Positions 1 to 11,105 of a stretch of 64,000 nucleotides of DNA are shown here, in pieces (the first letter of the stretch is position 1; each line of letters begins with the position of its first letter). This DNA is from Setoptus koraiensis (lineage: Eukaryota; Animalia; Arthropoda). Where the stretch lies: positions 11,594,001 through 11,658,000 of the forward strand of contig CM106586.1 of the NCBI GenBank assembly GCA_048013815.1. Reading direction: 5' to 3'. Both the position numbers and the translations under genes were made by a program. The notes under the pieces were generated by a model. The model did no database searches. It worked only from the letters and a program-made list of their open reading frames with translations, and was not told the DNA's origin.

Positions 1-17
1 ATAAATCAAAGTCTAAA

Positions 18-866
18 ATGAGAGCCTCGGATATGAACGCAAACAGCAACATAGGTAGCGTAAAGGAAGACGGCGCGAGTAAAGGGGCCAGCTCGAAAGC
101 GGCCAGCTCTGCGGCACCGACATCCGAGGGCGGCAGCGTGCCCAAATCAGCATCCAGCCCGAAGGACACCGCATCAGAGGATGGTGGTGCGCCAGCGTCC
201 AGCCCGATGGAGGCCAGCTCTGGTGCGGCGTCGCCGGCCAGCTCCAAACCGGCCAGCTCTAAGCCGGCGTCGGAAGAGACTGACGAAGAACCGGCGAGCC
301 CCGACGAGCCTGCATCGCCCGAATCTAGTGGCAAGGGGTCGAGCGGCTTGGGATCGAGCGCCAAAGGATCGAGCAGCAAGGCATCTAGCTCGGCGCAGAA
401 GAAAAAAGATGGCAAAAAGAAGAGAATTACCCGCTACAGATATCACAAGCGTATCACAGTGCGAACATCGGGCAAGGGCAGCGGAAAATCGGCGGCCATA
501 TTGAAGAAGGTGAACAATCAGGAGGGCCCGGTGACGCCGTCAACAATTGATCAATTAGATCCTGATGTCATAATGGAGAGAGCGGGCATTAAGGGCAAAA
601 AGAACGCCAGGTGGCGTGTTAGAATGCGCCAAACAAAAAGAACAACCAAAAATGGCAAAACTGTCACACAAACCAAGGTGGCCTATCGTGATAGCGATGG
701 CAAAAAACAGGTCAAGCTCACCAACGATCCTACCTGCAAGAAATGCAACAAAAAAATTGAACACTGTAAATGTGACACATTGTCGGGCATAGCGTCGGCC
801 ACAAGCAATATCAAGTCGTCTAGCTCTAAGGGCCCCAAATCGGGCACGTCAGAGGAAAAGGAATGA
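18..866 (+). CDS. Hypothetical 282-aa protein: Ser/Ala/Pro-rich disordered N-terminus, Lys/Arg-rich C-terminal half with a CxxC-x6-CxC cluster
   Basis: Uninterrupted ATG-to-TGA ORF, more GC-rich than the downstream intergenic DNA. C-terminal motif CKKCNKKIEHCKCD. No family recognised. Confidence 0.65.
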   Translation: MRASDMNANSNIGSVKEDGASKGASSKAASSAAPTSEGGSVPKSASSPKDTASEDGGAPASSPMEASSGAASPASSKPASSKPASEETDEEPASPDEPASPESSGKGSSGLGSSAKGSSSKASSSAQKKKDGKKKRITRYRYHKRITVRTSGKGSGKSAAILKKVNNQEGPVTPSTIDQLDPDVIMERAGIKGKKNARWRVRMRQTKRTTKNGKTVTQTKVAYRDSDGKKQVKLTNDPTCKKCNKKIEHCKCDTLSGIASATSNIKSSSSKGPKSGTSEEKE

Positions 867-2835
867 GCGTGATCACATCAATCATGTTGCGCATTATTTT
901 GTGAATTACAATGAGTTTAAATATAAGTTATATATAAGTCAATGTTGGGGTGAAATTGAACAAGTGCGTGTGTCATGTTGGCTGGCTATCTGGTAATTTA
1001 AGGGCGACAATGCTACATATTATTATTTAGTTACTTTAGTTGTTAGCTCGACGAACAAACTATGTAAAACAAAAATTACAGTTATTCTCAAGTTTGTTGA
1101 CAAACACTTAAACAATTAAATAAACAAAATCAAATATTATGTAACATCGTCAGCTTGTGTGAGCCTGTGTGTGTGTGATTTGATGCTCCATGATGTTATT
1201 GTTCTTTCTTCTCTATCCATGCCCCAATCCTATCTTTTTCATCCATCCAAAATCTATCTGATTACCAATAAACTCTGGTTCGACTAACTTCACGTTGCAA
1301 TCTCAATGCTGGGTCGTTCAGTAAATAGTCTCTCATTCCAGAAGCGCGATACGGGACGCCTACTGCATGGTACGGCAAGTTAGTGATAATTTTTTGGGTC
1401 AAGTTTCGATGAATTTCGATGAGTTTTGTTTGTTTGAATGGGAAAAAATTTTAAGTGTGATAAATTTGTGTTAATGTGCGTCGAAGCAAATAATTAGACT
1501 GGGTTAGGTATTGAGGATAGTTAGGGTTTAGTTGTGATAGTGTCACTTGAGAGAAAGGCTAGCGATTTGCGCGGATCGTTTGTCGCGCCTAATTGATCTG
1601 AATTGTGATGAAATTGACTGATAATTTGTGCTATTTGTCTATCTATTTATGGACTGTCTCACGATCGGTATCACTATTTCATTAGTATGTAGTCAGAATG
1701 GTCAGCTATTCAAATTCAAGTATCATCTCAGGATATCAGCTGGTGTTTGTATGAATATAATTATATGTGTGTGTGTGTGTTTCTATAGGTGTTTAAGTCT
1801 TTAGGTTTTGATTATTAATTATGCTATTGTCTTAAAAATGTTTGAGTGCGGTGAGTTCAGGTGAGTTCAGTTGATTCAATTGAGTTGTATTGGTGTTGTC
1901 GATGTCGAGCCGATGTAGCCGCCGCAGCTAATGAAGATGCAGCAACAAAGCGGGGGGCGCGATTGAGCTCATCATAATAAGCCGATGATAACTAATAGTA
2001 AGCTGAGTTGTTGTGATCGATATTCATTTTGATGGCTTGCTTGATGTGAATTAATTGCTTGCTAAATATGAATATGTGTGTAATAGTTGTCAATATTTAT
2101 CAATTGCCAGTCGCATTATGATAGCAGTAATAATAATTGATAATGATTACGGTAAACTGTAAATGTGTTTGCTAGTGTCTTGTTAGCGTGCCTTGTTAGC
2201 GGGTTTGGGATATCGACACGTGTATGAGTTTAGATGATTTAAGTCCTCACTCATAAAATGCATATCCGGTAATAATGTGCAATAGCATTTTATGCATATA
2301 GCATGATTCAATGCTGTTGTGGCTTGCCTTCATTTTCATTGAAATGTCCTTTGGCCAAAACCGAGGGCCAGGGACGATCAATTGGCGCTGCCCATCCACT
2401 TGTTGTTCATCATTAGCTACATCGGCTACTCAAGTCAACCATCGTCATCTGAAAAAAAAACCATTTTAACTCCCCGTAGTCGGTTGTTGTCACCATTCAT
2501 TGGTCTTGGTCATCCATTTCATCTATGCTCCAACTACTCTACAAGTACTGCCACTACTGCTGCCACTGCTACCCTTGCCACTGCTACTACTACAACTGTT
2601 ACTTCTTCTATCATTATCATTATGGCATAACTATTGTTGACTAACTGACACTGATCTGAATTATCTAATTAATGTGACCAATCAATCCAATGTATCTAAC
2701 TAACTATTCAATAATTCATAATTTTGTTCGCCTAAATAATTGTTTGTCTATGACGCAATTATATGACGCAATGATATGTGTGGTATGATGATGAAATGAT
2801 GTGTGACGTAATGCGTAGGTGTGTAGTAATCAATC

Positions 2836-3739
2836 TTAATTATAACCAACCCCTAGTGCTGCTGCTCCAAGTGCTCCAGCTGAGGAACTTGCTAGCGCTG
2901 CTCCATTAGCTAGGGCGGCTCCAGATGCGGCTGCTCCTGTAGCTAAAGCTCTGTTTGCTAGCATACCTGCTCCGTAACCGATTGGACCGGCAAAACCACC
3001 ACCGTATGGGTATGGTCCGTATGGGTATCCGTAACCGCCATAACCTGGTCCGTATGGGTAGCCTCCGTATGGGTAGCCGCCGAAACCTGGTGCACCTGCG
3101 CCTAGGGCACCACCAACTGCTGATCGGGTTGCCGAATTGGCAGCTATGTTTGCGCCTAGGGCGGCAATACCTGAGCCACCGGTACCTCCGGCCATGATTG
3201 CTTCACCAGTAGATTGAGCTGCGGCAACGTTTGAGGCGGCGGCATGTCCGGCGGCACGACCCTCGTTGACGGCTGCTGCTACGGGTAAACCGGCAACACG
3301 ATCGGCAACGGCCTCGTTTGCTCGTGATTCAGCTGCAATGGCGTGACCAGTCGCTCTTGATGCATCGACTTGGGCACCAATTGCGGGTATGGCTGAACCT
3401 AGACCTAGAAACAACATCAAATTAATTAAGACATCCGATTAATTAACTAACTGTTCACTGAACTGTTTCGCCTCTCTTCCTCTCTCTCTCTCCCTCCCTC
3501 CCTCTTCCTTTCTCTCTCTCTCTCTCTCCATTTTTGTGCTCAATAACTTGATGATCTACACTGAATCTAGCTAATGAATGACTCTAAAATAGCTTACCGT
3601 AACCTCCATATCCACCAGCGAGTCCACCGGCAAGTCCACCGGCAAGTCCAGCGCCGAGTCCGTAACCTCCGAATGTGGCTGAGACTGAGCTCAATGTGAC
3701 CATCACTAGGGCTAATGCTAAAGCTGCTGTGTGTGCCAT
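2836..3739 (-). CDS. Secreted Gly/Ala/Tyr-rich structural (cuticular-type) protein, 2 exons (3739-3598, 3404-2836), about 236 aa
   Basis: Exon 1 reads MAHTAALALALVMVTLSSVSA-TFGGYGLGAGLAGG (signal peptide). Phase-1 GTAAGC donor at 3597 and TTTCTAG acceptor at 3405 join in frame to the 2836-3420 ORF, which has GGYPYG repeats and Ala-rich blocks. Confidence 0.85.
3471..3529. repeat. (CT)n-rich microsatellite within the intron of the cuticular-type gene
   Basis: Directly visible CT/CCCT run. Confidence 0.9.
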
Positions 3740-6629
3740 TTTTATTTGATTGTTGTATTACTGAAATCGATCTAAATTGATTGAAAAAAATAAATTATCT
3801 AAAATATAATGAGGTGGTGAATGTATGAGATGAAACAATAATATGATCAATTAGCTATCTGTCCTCGAAGGTTATCTAAAACATAAGTCTATTGTTAACT
3901 TGTCTAAACTTGACCAATATAATTGCTGAGTTTAAATTGAAAACCTTAAATTTTTCTCAATTAGTTGATTTATCGGTTAATCATAATTTAAAATTGTTCA
4001 ATTAATAATAGATTACTAACCAATTTGTTTAGTTCAGATTGACTTGTTCACTCAACTGATGTTTGCTGGCTAATGACTAAGCAACTGTTCTAAGAGTCGT
4101 ACTTATGGACCGCCTGGAGTGGATTAATTTTTTATATCTAACTACCTAAATATATATATTCGCGGGAGGTTCACAAAATCAACTATACTGTGAGATAGGA
4201 TATTCGTTAAGCTAGTCTATGAGCCAAAAGTAATGATAATTAAGACTCAACATAAGCTACTCATATAGGATATTATATCCACTTATCTACACCTCTTTTC
4301 TTTTTTTTGTGAGTCGATTAGTTGAGACTCTTCTAACACATAATAGCCCTCAGTCTAACATAAACATGCATCGTCAATTAATTTTGATCTGAGAAAATTG
4401 AACATTGATTTGTTAATTTGTTTACCTGTGTCGTAGTTATCTAGCATTATCTATCTGGTCTGGTGATGATTTAATCTTCTACAATGGTTAGGTATTACTC
4501 GTTTTCTACTTTGACCTTTTTTTCCAATTAGCAAAGATACTGAGTAGAATGCGATTATTAACTCATGTAACTATTTAGATTAAAATTATGTAAAGATACA
4601 CTGCTAGGAGACTAGACTGAAAATTTACAAGACATGTTGATAAAAAATAAACATTGAAAGGGTATATTTGAAAGTCTGGCCAATCTCCCAACCAATTATA
4701 TCATATACTTATACAGAAAATCTTTTGAAGTTCCAATCTAATCTCGTAGCAGTATATCTTTGTAAACTTTCCACCTAACTTCTGAATTTGTGGCCTTAAT
4801 GATCCGGATCAAATTTCGTCTCGTTAACAAAACGAAAATTGCTAATAGAATCGCACAAATAGCAGTAGATGCATGCTCTACCAGTCAGACTATGGCTAGT
4901 ATTCTCGCTAAATTGAAAAAAACGATTGAAGTAGAAACTAATCAATATCCAACCGCCAGCAAAGGTTAAATTTTCATCATCATCATCAGACGCACTAGAC
5001 TACCTCAAATGAATAAGACACACAAACAGATATTTAAGGTAAACAAATTAACAAATCAACACTTTTTTAGATTGAATTAAATTTACGACTCATGTTCATA
5101 GCAGATTGTTGGCCATTATATGTCAGAAAAGACTCAACCGAAAGACTCATGATGAAAGAAAAGAGGTGTGAATTAGTCAGATTGAGACAGTATATTAGTA
5201 TTGGCAGTTAATGAAGATGCAACAGGAATGTAGTGACGCGATTAAGCTGGACATAATAAGATAAGATAATCATTCTAATTGATAGAGTTAATTTTCCGAT
5301 TGTTAGTCAATTCTCATTGATTTCTCTTGGGGGCTTGCGACATGAATAGTAACTGTGTGATGGTTTTTTGATGTCTCAATTGTCGAACACGGGCTGCCTG
5401 ATGATTGATGCTGATATAATGTCATAATGTCAATGTATATATTTTCTAATGAGTTTAGGTCGCCCAGTCTCTTGATATCAAAGTCGGCACCAAGAAACTT
5501 GTAGTGTCCTTTCTAGGTAAAAAAAACTAAATGGGACTAAACTTCGGCTCATCCTACCGGTAGAAATGATGCCAGTGTTCAGGGTGGCCTCATTTTTTTT
5601 ATGAATCCCGAGTAGTACACCAGCAGACTTTTATTTTCTTCTATTTATTGACACTTTTCATAAGTTGAAAAAGCTTTCAACTTGCATAGCAAACTCTACC
5701 ATATCATTAGTGAGAGTTGTTGGCCGGTATATGTAATGAAAAAAGAGCAATCTGTTTTCACCATATCTAGCGGTGCACCAATTACTGCAGGAAATATTGA
5801 TAGCGGTGATGGCCAACCTTATCGCAAGTTGAATCGACCTGATATTTATGAGACCTGTGCGTTTTTGCGCTAGCTATTGCTGGGGGATAGAGTAAGTAGG
5901 TAGGACTACTCTAGTACGCGTAAAGCGCTCGTCTGATGGCAATTTTACACATATTCCTTTCATCTTGCCTTATATCTATCAGATCGCAACTTGCGAGTAA
6001 CCCATCCGCCAAAGATAAATCGTTGATTAAAATTGGATGATTAATTCAAGTTGGGTTTGCAAAAAAACAATGTTAACAAAAGAAATCTTCCTTCGGTTGT
6101 CACATCAGCTATGGATCACCATCGTCTAATATTCTAAATTCACCTCTTTATTTATCAAAAGAGAGATATTTTAGATTGAGCTCACAATTGTTAGTAGCAC
6201 AGTTAATCGTCAGGCAGAATATGTTCGGAGGTTTAATTTTTTAGCGACTATTAACTCGGCGTAGCACCAATAATTTTTGTAAAAAAATACCGCTAGATCA
6301 CCCCTTGTTTACACTGCCTATTGTTTGGTTTCATCTGGTGCTCTCCAGTGTGCAAGTAGCTCTTTAAAGAGCCATTTAAACAAGTTGATGATCCATTGAT
6401 AAGCAACTTGTCTGTGATTCGCAACTTGATCCAATCTAGCACAAAATGTATATGCAAAATAAATCATCCAACCGATAAAGTAAATGGCATGGGGCTCTAT
6501 CTTCTATTCTGCGGGTTGTATCGTGCTCAGTTAGCCTCATTATTCACCTGTTGAGGGCTGTTTGCAATATGTTGAAGTTCCGTCTACTGATATAGAGGAG
6601 AAGAGAAGATTTTTGATTCACGCGGCCCG

Positions 6630-6990
6630 ATGAGTTCTGACTGATACAAACTTGGCATCCAGTGTCTTGATAATAAGATTGTGGGACGTGCTGAATTTCT
6701 TCGCTGCTCTCCAGAATGACCAGTCATCCAGATCGGTGAACATTTCCTAGAGCTTATTGAGGATTCGGAGTCAAAATCGTGGCCACCCTGCCGCTGCCTG
6801 GCTTTCTCTTAAAGTTGCCGGTGTCCTCATACCTTTTCACTATTTTTTAATGGTTAAGGGCCGCATACCCTCTCGTTCGAAGTGGAAGACAGTTTGTAGG
6901 TCCCGTTCTGCGCGCTCAATATAGAAGTTGACCACTCGCTCTTTCACTGTCTCTTCTTTTAAGGAGACAGTGAGATAGGACATTTTTATC
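6630..6990 (-). mobile_element. Degraded Tc1/mariner-like transposase, N-terminal DNA-binding region
   Basis: Joining frames across frameshifts and stops gives ERVVNFYIE...TVFHFEREGMRPLTIKK/IVKRYEDTGNFKRKPGSGRVATILTP...EMFTDLDDWSFWRAAKKFSTSHNLIIKTL. This matches the paired-like HTH, GRPR-type linker and second HTH of Tc1-like transposases. No DDE domain or TIRs identified. Confidence 0.7.
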
Positions 6991-8245
6991 ACATGAATTT
7001 TCACTCTAATTAAAAAATATATCACATCAATTTATAAATCATCTCCACACGTGTTTGAAAATGTGTCGCATGGCCATATACGCGCAATCATATGTGCAGC
7101 ACACACAAAAGAAACGAAAGCGAATCATTTCAACTTACCACACCTTAGTGGATTGAAGCAAAATAGAGCGTGGTACGTGTTCGCTGTCGCCATTTTGGAA
7201 TATTCGTAACTTTCTTGTTTCTTAGGTTACATGTCGATGATCCATCACTTTTTCGTCGGAAACATACTCAGCCGACATGCTAATGTCCGACTATGCAAAA
7301 TTAGAAGATTCTCATTCTGATGAGTCATATTTTAAGATTTGGAATAGAATTTCCCGCGAACGAGCAATGTTATCCGGTGAAAACTTGTTTTTTCACTTGA
7401 AAGAGAAATTGAGATCAATTCGAAAACATGATTCAAATGGTCCTTTGAAGCTGAATATCAATAAATGCAACACTTGAGCTCTGCTACGATGCAACAGATG
7501 TAGGTTGGTGCCACTGGAAGGCTTGGTTTCTTTTCAAAATCCATTCAGAATGAGCGACACTCAGTGTGGACCATGCTTTAGTTCTGCTAAGAGGGTTAAA
7601 ACTTTTTTCCGATTCTGGGCCTCACTTTTGACAACCATCCTAGAGCATTAGCTGGTTTGAACCATCTGAAACAGTATTTTTAGTTTAGATACAAGCTTGC
7701 TGAAAAAGCGAAAAATGCAGAAGAAGAGGGAAATTTGCCGCATTTATCCGAATATCAACTGATATAGGTATAGAGTGCGTTCCAGATTTTCTCGTACAAT
7801 TGTTCAAATCGCCGAGAATTCCAAACTAGAATAATAATTTAAAAAAAAAGGATAATGATAAAAAGATTTATCTACTGTACGAGCTGATGCGGATCCTTTT
7901 TGGTCATTCAGAGACGCGGATTTCAAATAAAGAAAATTGACAAATCGATTTTTTTTTCTCATCTTCCGGGGGTAAGAGCCATTCAATCAATATTGAAAAT
8001 AATAAATATAACTTCCACCACTGGAGCCGCCATGAAATCAATGGTGTAAATGCGCTATCAAAGGCCTAAGTTGTTCATACCACGCGCTGATAACTAGCAC
8101 TGGTCAATTCATAAAATCTCCGTCTTTAATCTTTATTAGGCTTGAGTCTATTTACATGGGTGAGAAACACATAATGACGAATATACCTGTACAATTCTGA
8201 ACCGATTTCTAGTCACTAGAGCCAGTTTTCTCAACAAACTGATGG

Positions 8246-10054
8246 CTAACCATCGTTTACAGTTTGTTTTTTAGTTTTTCTGTTGGGGATTGCATGACTG
8301 ACACTTTTACTGTTGCTGATGTCGGTGATATCTTTTGAATTTGCGCTAGCTGTTGCCGAGGAACTGCTTGTGTCGCTAGCTCCTGATGCGACACTTGCTT
8401 GTAGTTCTTGGCTAGTTGAACCAGAGCTCAAAGTACCACCAGACCCAGGCATCGGTTTCTTGGCACCCGAATTCAAAATGGCTGAAGTTGGTGATTTTGA
8501 GTCGGTTTTATTTCTTAAATTTCGTGGTAATTTATTCGTTGTGGTGCCCAATTCTGAGGCCGCACTACTTTTGACGACTTGTGATTGCATTGTCTCTTGA
8601 GCATATCTTATAATGTCAGCGGGGGTATCAAAGCCGAACGATTTTACGCTAGAACGGGGGCCGAAACTTTGATGGTGCAATCTTGAGCCTCGTATCTGGC
8701 TGCTCATGGAAGAGAGGCCATCGCTTGATTGAAATTGATGGATAAGTTTTCCACTAGATTTTGTGTTTGACACTTGAGGGCTAATTAGATCACTGGGTCG
8801 CATGCCCACTTTTACTGTTTCAATCTTTCTACACCGTAGTCCAAGCAGTACCAATATCTCGCCCAAACGAATTAATCGCAACACATTCCACGAGCCAAAC
8901 ACCAAAATCGTTGTGTCTGCCAAAACAATGGACCATATAAGAGAATCTTTCCAATCGGTAAGACGACTAGTGTAATATAAACTGAAACAAGCCAAAATCG
9001 TCACCGCAATTAAAAGGATGTTATTGAGACAAGGCTGACTGAATATGGTCCATTGTTCCAATTGTTTATCATTATAATAATCTGCTCTAGCTTTGCTCCA
9101 TTTGATTTTAAATTGAATTAACCAAATGAGTGCACAAAAGAGTGATGCTGAACCCAATGAGCTCACTAGAATAGTTATTAAATCATCGACGAGTCCACAA
9201 GATACGGGCATCAACGATATGGAGAGCATTATATAAGTGACTACAGTTAACAAAATCAAATGATATTCTTCAACGCTCCATGAAGGCAATGGAACGTCGT
9301 CGATGGGGTAGTTGATAGCATGGGAATGTTTCATTTTACTGTCCGAACTGCCGGAGGTATTCTCTATTAAATTGTACACTTTTTGCAAAGAACCAATATA
9401 TTGATCTAGAATAAAAAGCTGCTCCTTGCCAGTGGATAAATCTTTAACAGAGAAATCATAAGCGTATACCCATGCCCTTACGGGACCACAATGTCGCGCA
9501 ATCAACGCAGTTACTGTGGGCATCTCAACCAATCTGTAAGCTATCATACTTAATTCGACTTTCAAGCTATTATCTAGTAGAGTCCTAGTTGATAAACGTG
9601 TAACAGGTACTATTTCGTGCTTATTGGCACCAATGATAGTCAAATCAATATCATGCTTGTCGGGATTGAATAGGGGCGATGGCAGGCCAATGCGAAGTAT
9701 AAGCTCATAATGAAATTGCACTGTCCTAGGGGAACACATAACAAAAACTCTGGGCAACATATATTTAATTGGATTTTTTTTTCGGCATCGTGACACTGTC
9801 ATGGATATACCTAACACTACCCAGATAAGTAGCATCACAAACAAAGGAAGAGGTGGGATGATCTCTATGGGTGTGATGTCACCATCAGGCACAGCAGCAT
9901 CACCGTTGCTAAGGGTGCTTGAGGAACTTTCATCAATTGGGGGCTTAGTGTAATTATCAATTGGATCCTGGTTGAAAATTTGCGCAGCAATAGTGGGGAT
10001 GATCATTTGCTTTGCCGATATGCTTCCGAAATCATTCGCATTGAGGCGCACCAT
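8246..10054 (-). CDS. Multi-pass membrane protein, TM-PLAT-4TM (truncated polycystin-1/PKDREJ-like), with Ser-rich tail
   Basis: 602-aa intronless ORF. TM (LPLFVMLLIWVVLGISMTV), then a PLAT-like beta region (YELILRIG...DIDLTIIG...ALIARHCG...AWVYAYDFSVKDLSTGKEQLF), then about four hydrophobic segments. Confidence 0.7.
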   Translation of the reverse strand: MVRLNANDFGSISAKQMIIPTIAAQIFNQDPIDNYTKPPIDESSSSTLSNGDAAVPDGDITPIEIIPPLPLFVMLLIWVVLGISMTVSRCRKKNPIKYMLPRVFVMCSPRTVQFHYELILRIGLPSPLFNPDKHDIDLTIIGANKHEIVPVTRLSTRTLLDNSLKVELSMIAYRLVEMPTVTALIARHCGPVRAWVYAYDFSVKDLSTGKEQLFILDQYIGSLQKVYNLIENTSGSSDSKMKHSHAINYPIDDVPLPSWSVEEYHLILLTVVTYIMLSISLMPVSCGLVDDLITILVSSLGSASLFCALIWLIQFKIKWSKARADYYNDKQLEQWTIFSQPCLNNILLIAVTILACFSLYYTSRLTDWKDSLIWSIVLADTTILVFGSWNVLRLIRLGEILVLLGLRCRKIETVKVGMRPSDLISPQVSNTKSSGKLIHQFQSSDGLSSMSSQIRGSRLHHQSFGPRSSVKSFGFDTPADIIRYAQETMQSQVVKSSAASELGTTTNKLPRNLRNKTDSKSPTSAILNSGAKKPMPGSGGTLSSGSTSQELQASVASGASDTSSSSATASANSKDITDISNSKSVSHAIPNRKTKKQTVNDG

Positions 10055-10358
10055 GGGCGATTACAGTATTGAGTTTCTTCTTGCTGAATTGTCAAGTTTT
10101 GTCGATATTGGTGGTGGTAGATACCGACTGCCATCTATGTTGACTCGATCGTCCAAAAAAAGTCATTTTTATTCTACATCTTACAAGAAAACGACAGGAA
10201 TTTTAGATAATTTCCACATACCTGTGCAATTACGATTCAATCAGATTAGTTTCAATGAGCGCGTGATTCCAAAATCGTCGCTTGTCCGTTAATTTTCATC
10301 CCGGTCATAAACAGTTGATAGCAGAAATACTTTTGCTTTTCATATTATTGAACCTGCA

Positions 10359-11036
10359 TTGAGCAGAATAGTAATGCCCAATCGTAGACCCTCTACAAAG
10401 CATATTGATTTGGAAATTGTAGTGTTCGGTCCAACTGAGAAAGCTGCCGAAAATATTGATAATTCGGAGACTGAGGACTCAAAGGAAATGGTATTTCCAG
10501 CGAAGGCTAGGTCCACTTTATACGATCTAAAGCCTATGAAAGCAGAGGATGTGAACAGTTTGCTCAAAAGTCTTAATTACACTTTAGAGGATTTCGATCC
10601 TTATCCAAGAAGGAGTAATCAAACTGCAGTGAAATCTATTAGCCCACAATTGGTCATCCCTGTGGCCACTAATGATGGCCAAAGAGATGACGAAACTAGT
10701 AACAGTGCCACTAGTACGGTGCCAGCAAGCCAACAAAGTGAAAATAGACCTAGCACAACAATGAACAGCAATCCAATAAACCCTTCCAAATCCATTGATT
10801 CTTTTGATCAATCGCGTAAAAACTCAAGAGACGGCTCGGCGACAAACAATGATTCATCGAATAGTCATCAGAGAAGCACAAAATCATCGCAGTCTCTTAT
10901 CATGGACAGCCTTGGCAAGAGCTTGGCCAAACTGTCGATCGGATCGAGAGATTTACCAAATCTTAGACTCAGAGCTTACAAAGGAAAAACAACTGATGAT
11001 AATGAGGTCATCACTGATAAGGTAACGCGCAAATAA
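10359..11036 (+). CDS. Hypothetical Ser/Asn/Thr-rich protein (225 aa; first ATG at 10374)
   Basis: Long ORF in gene-dense context, with the stop followed by an A-rich tract. No family recognised. Confidence 0.6.
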   Translation: MSRIVMPNRRPSTKHIDLEIVVFGPTEKAAENIDNSETEDSKEMVFPAKARSTLYDLKPMKAEDVNSLLKSLNYTLEDFDPYPRRSNQTAVKSISPQLVIPVATNDGQRDDETSNSATSTVPASQQSENRPSTTMNSNPINPSKSIDSFDQSRKNSRDGSATNNDSSNSHQRSTKSSQSLIMDSLGKSLAKLSIGSRDLPNLRLRAYKGKTTDDNEVITDKVTRK

Positions 11037-11105
11037 TAAAGAAAAAAAAACGAAAAAACTACTTTTTTATTGTAATTTTTTCGAGATAACGAAAAATTCA
11101 GAATG

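Noticed and set aside
174-764. Antisense and alternative-frame ORFs over real genes (also 8313-8600, 15884-16300, 19295-19657, 46188-46685, 46935-47480 and others)
   Set aside because: Shadow ORFs of low-complexity or GC-richer coding strands, without independent features.
7277-7650. ORF that would continue through a TGA into CNRC...CGPC (possible read-through or selenocysteine)
   Set aside because: No SECIS or family similarity recognised; most likely decayed sequence.
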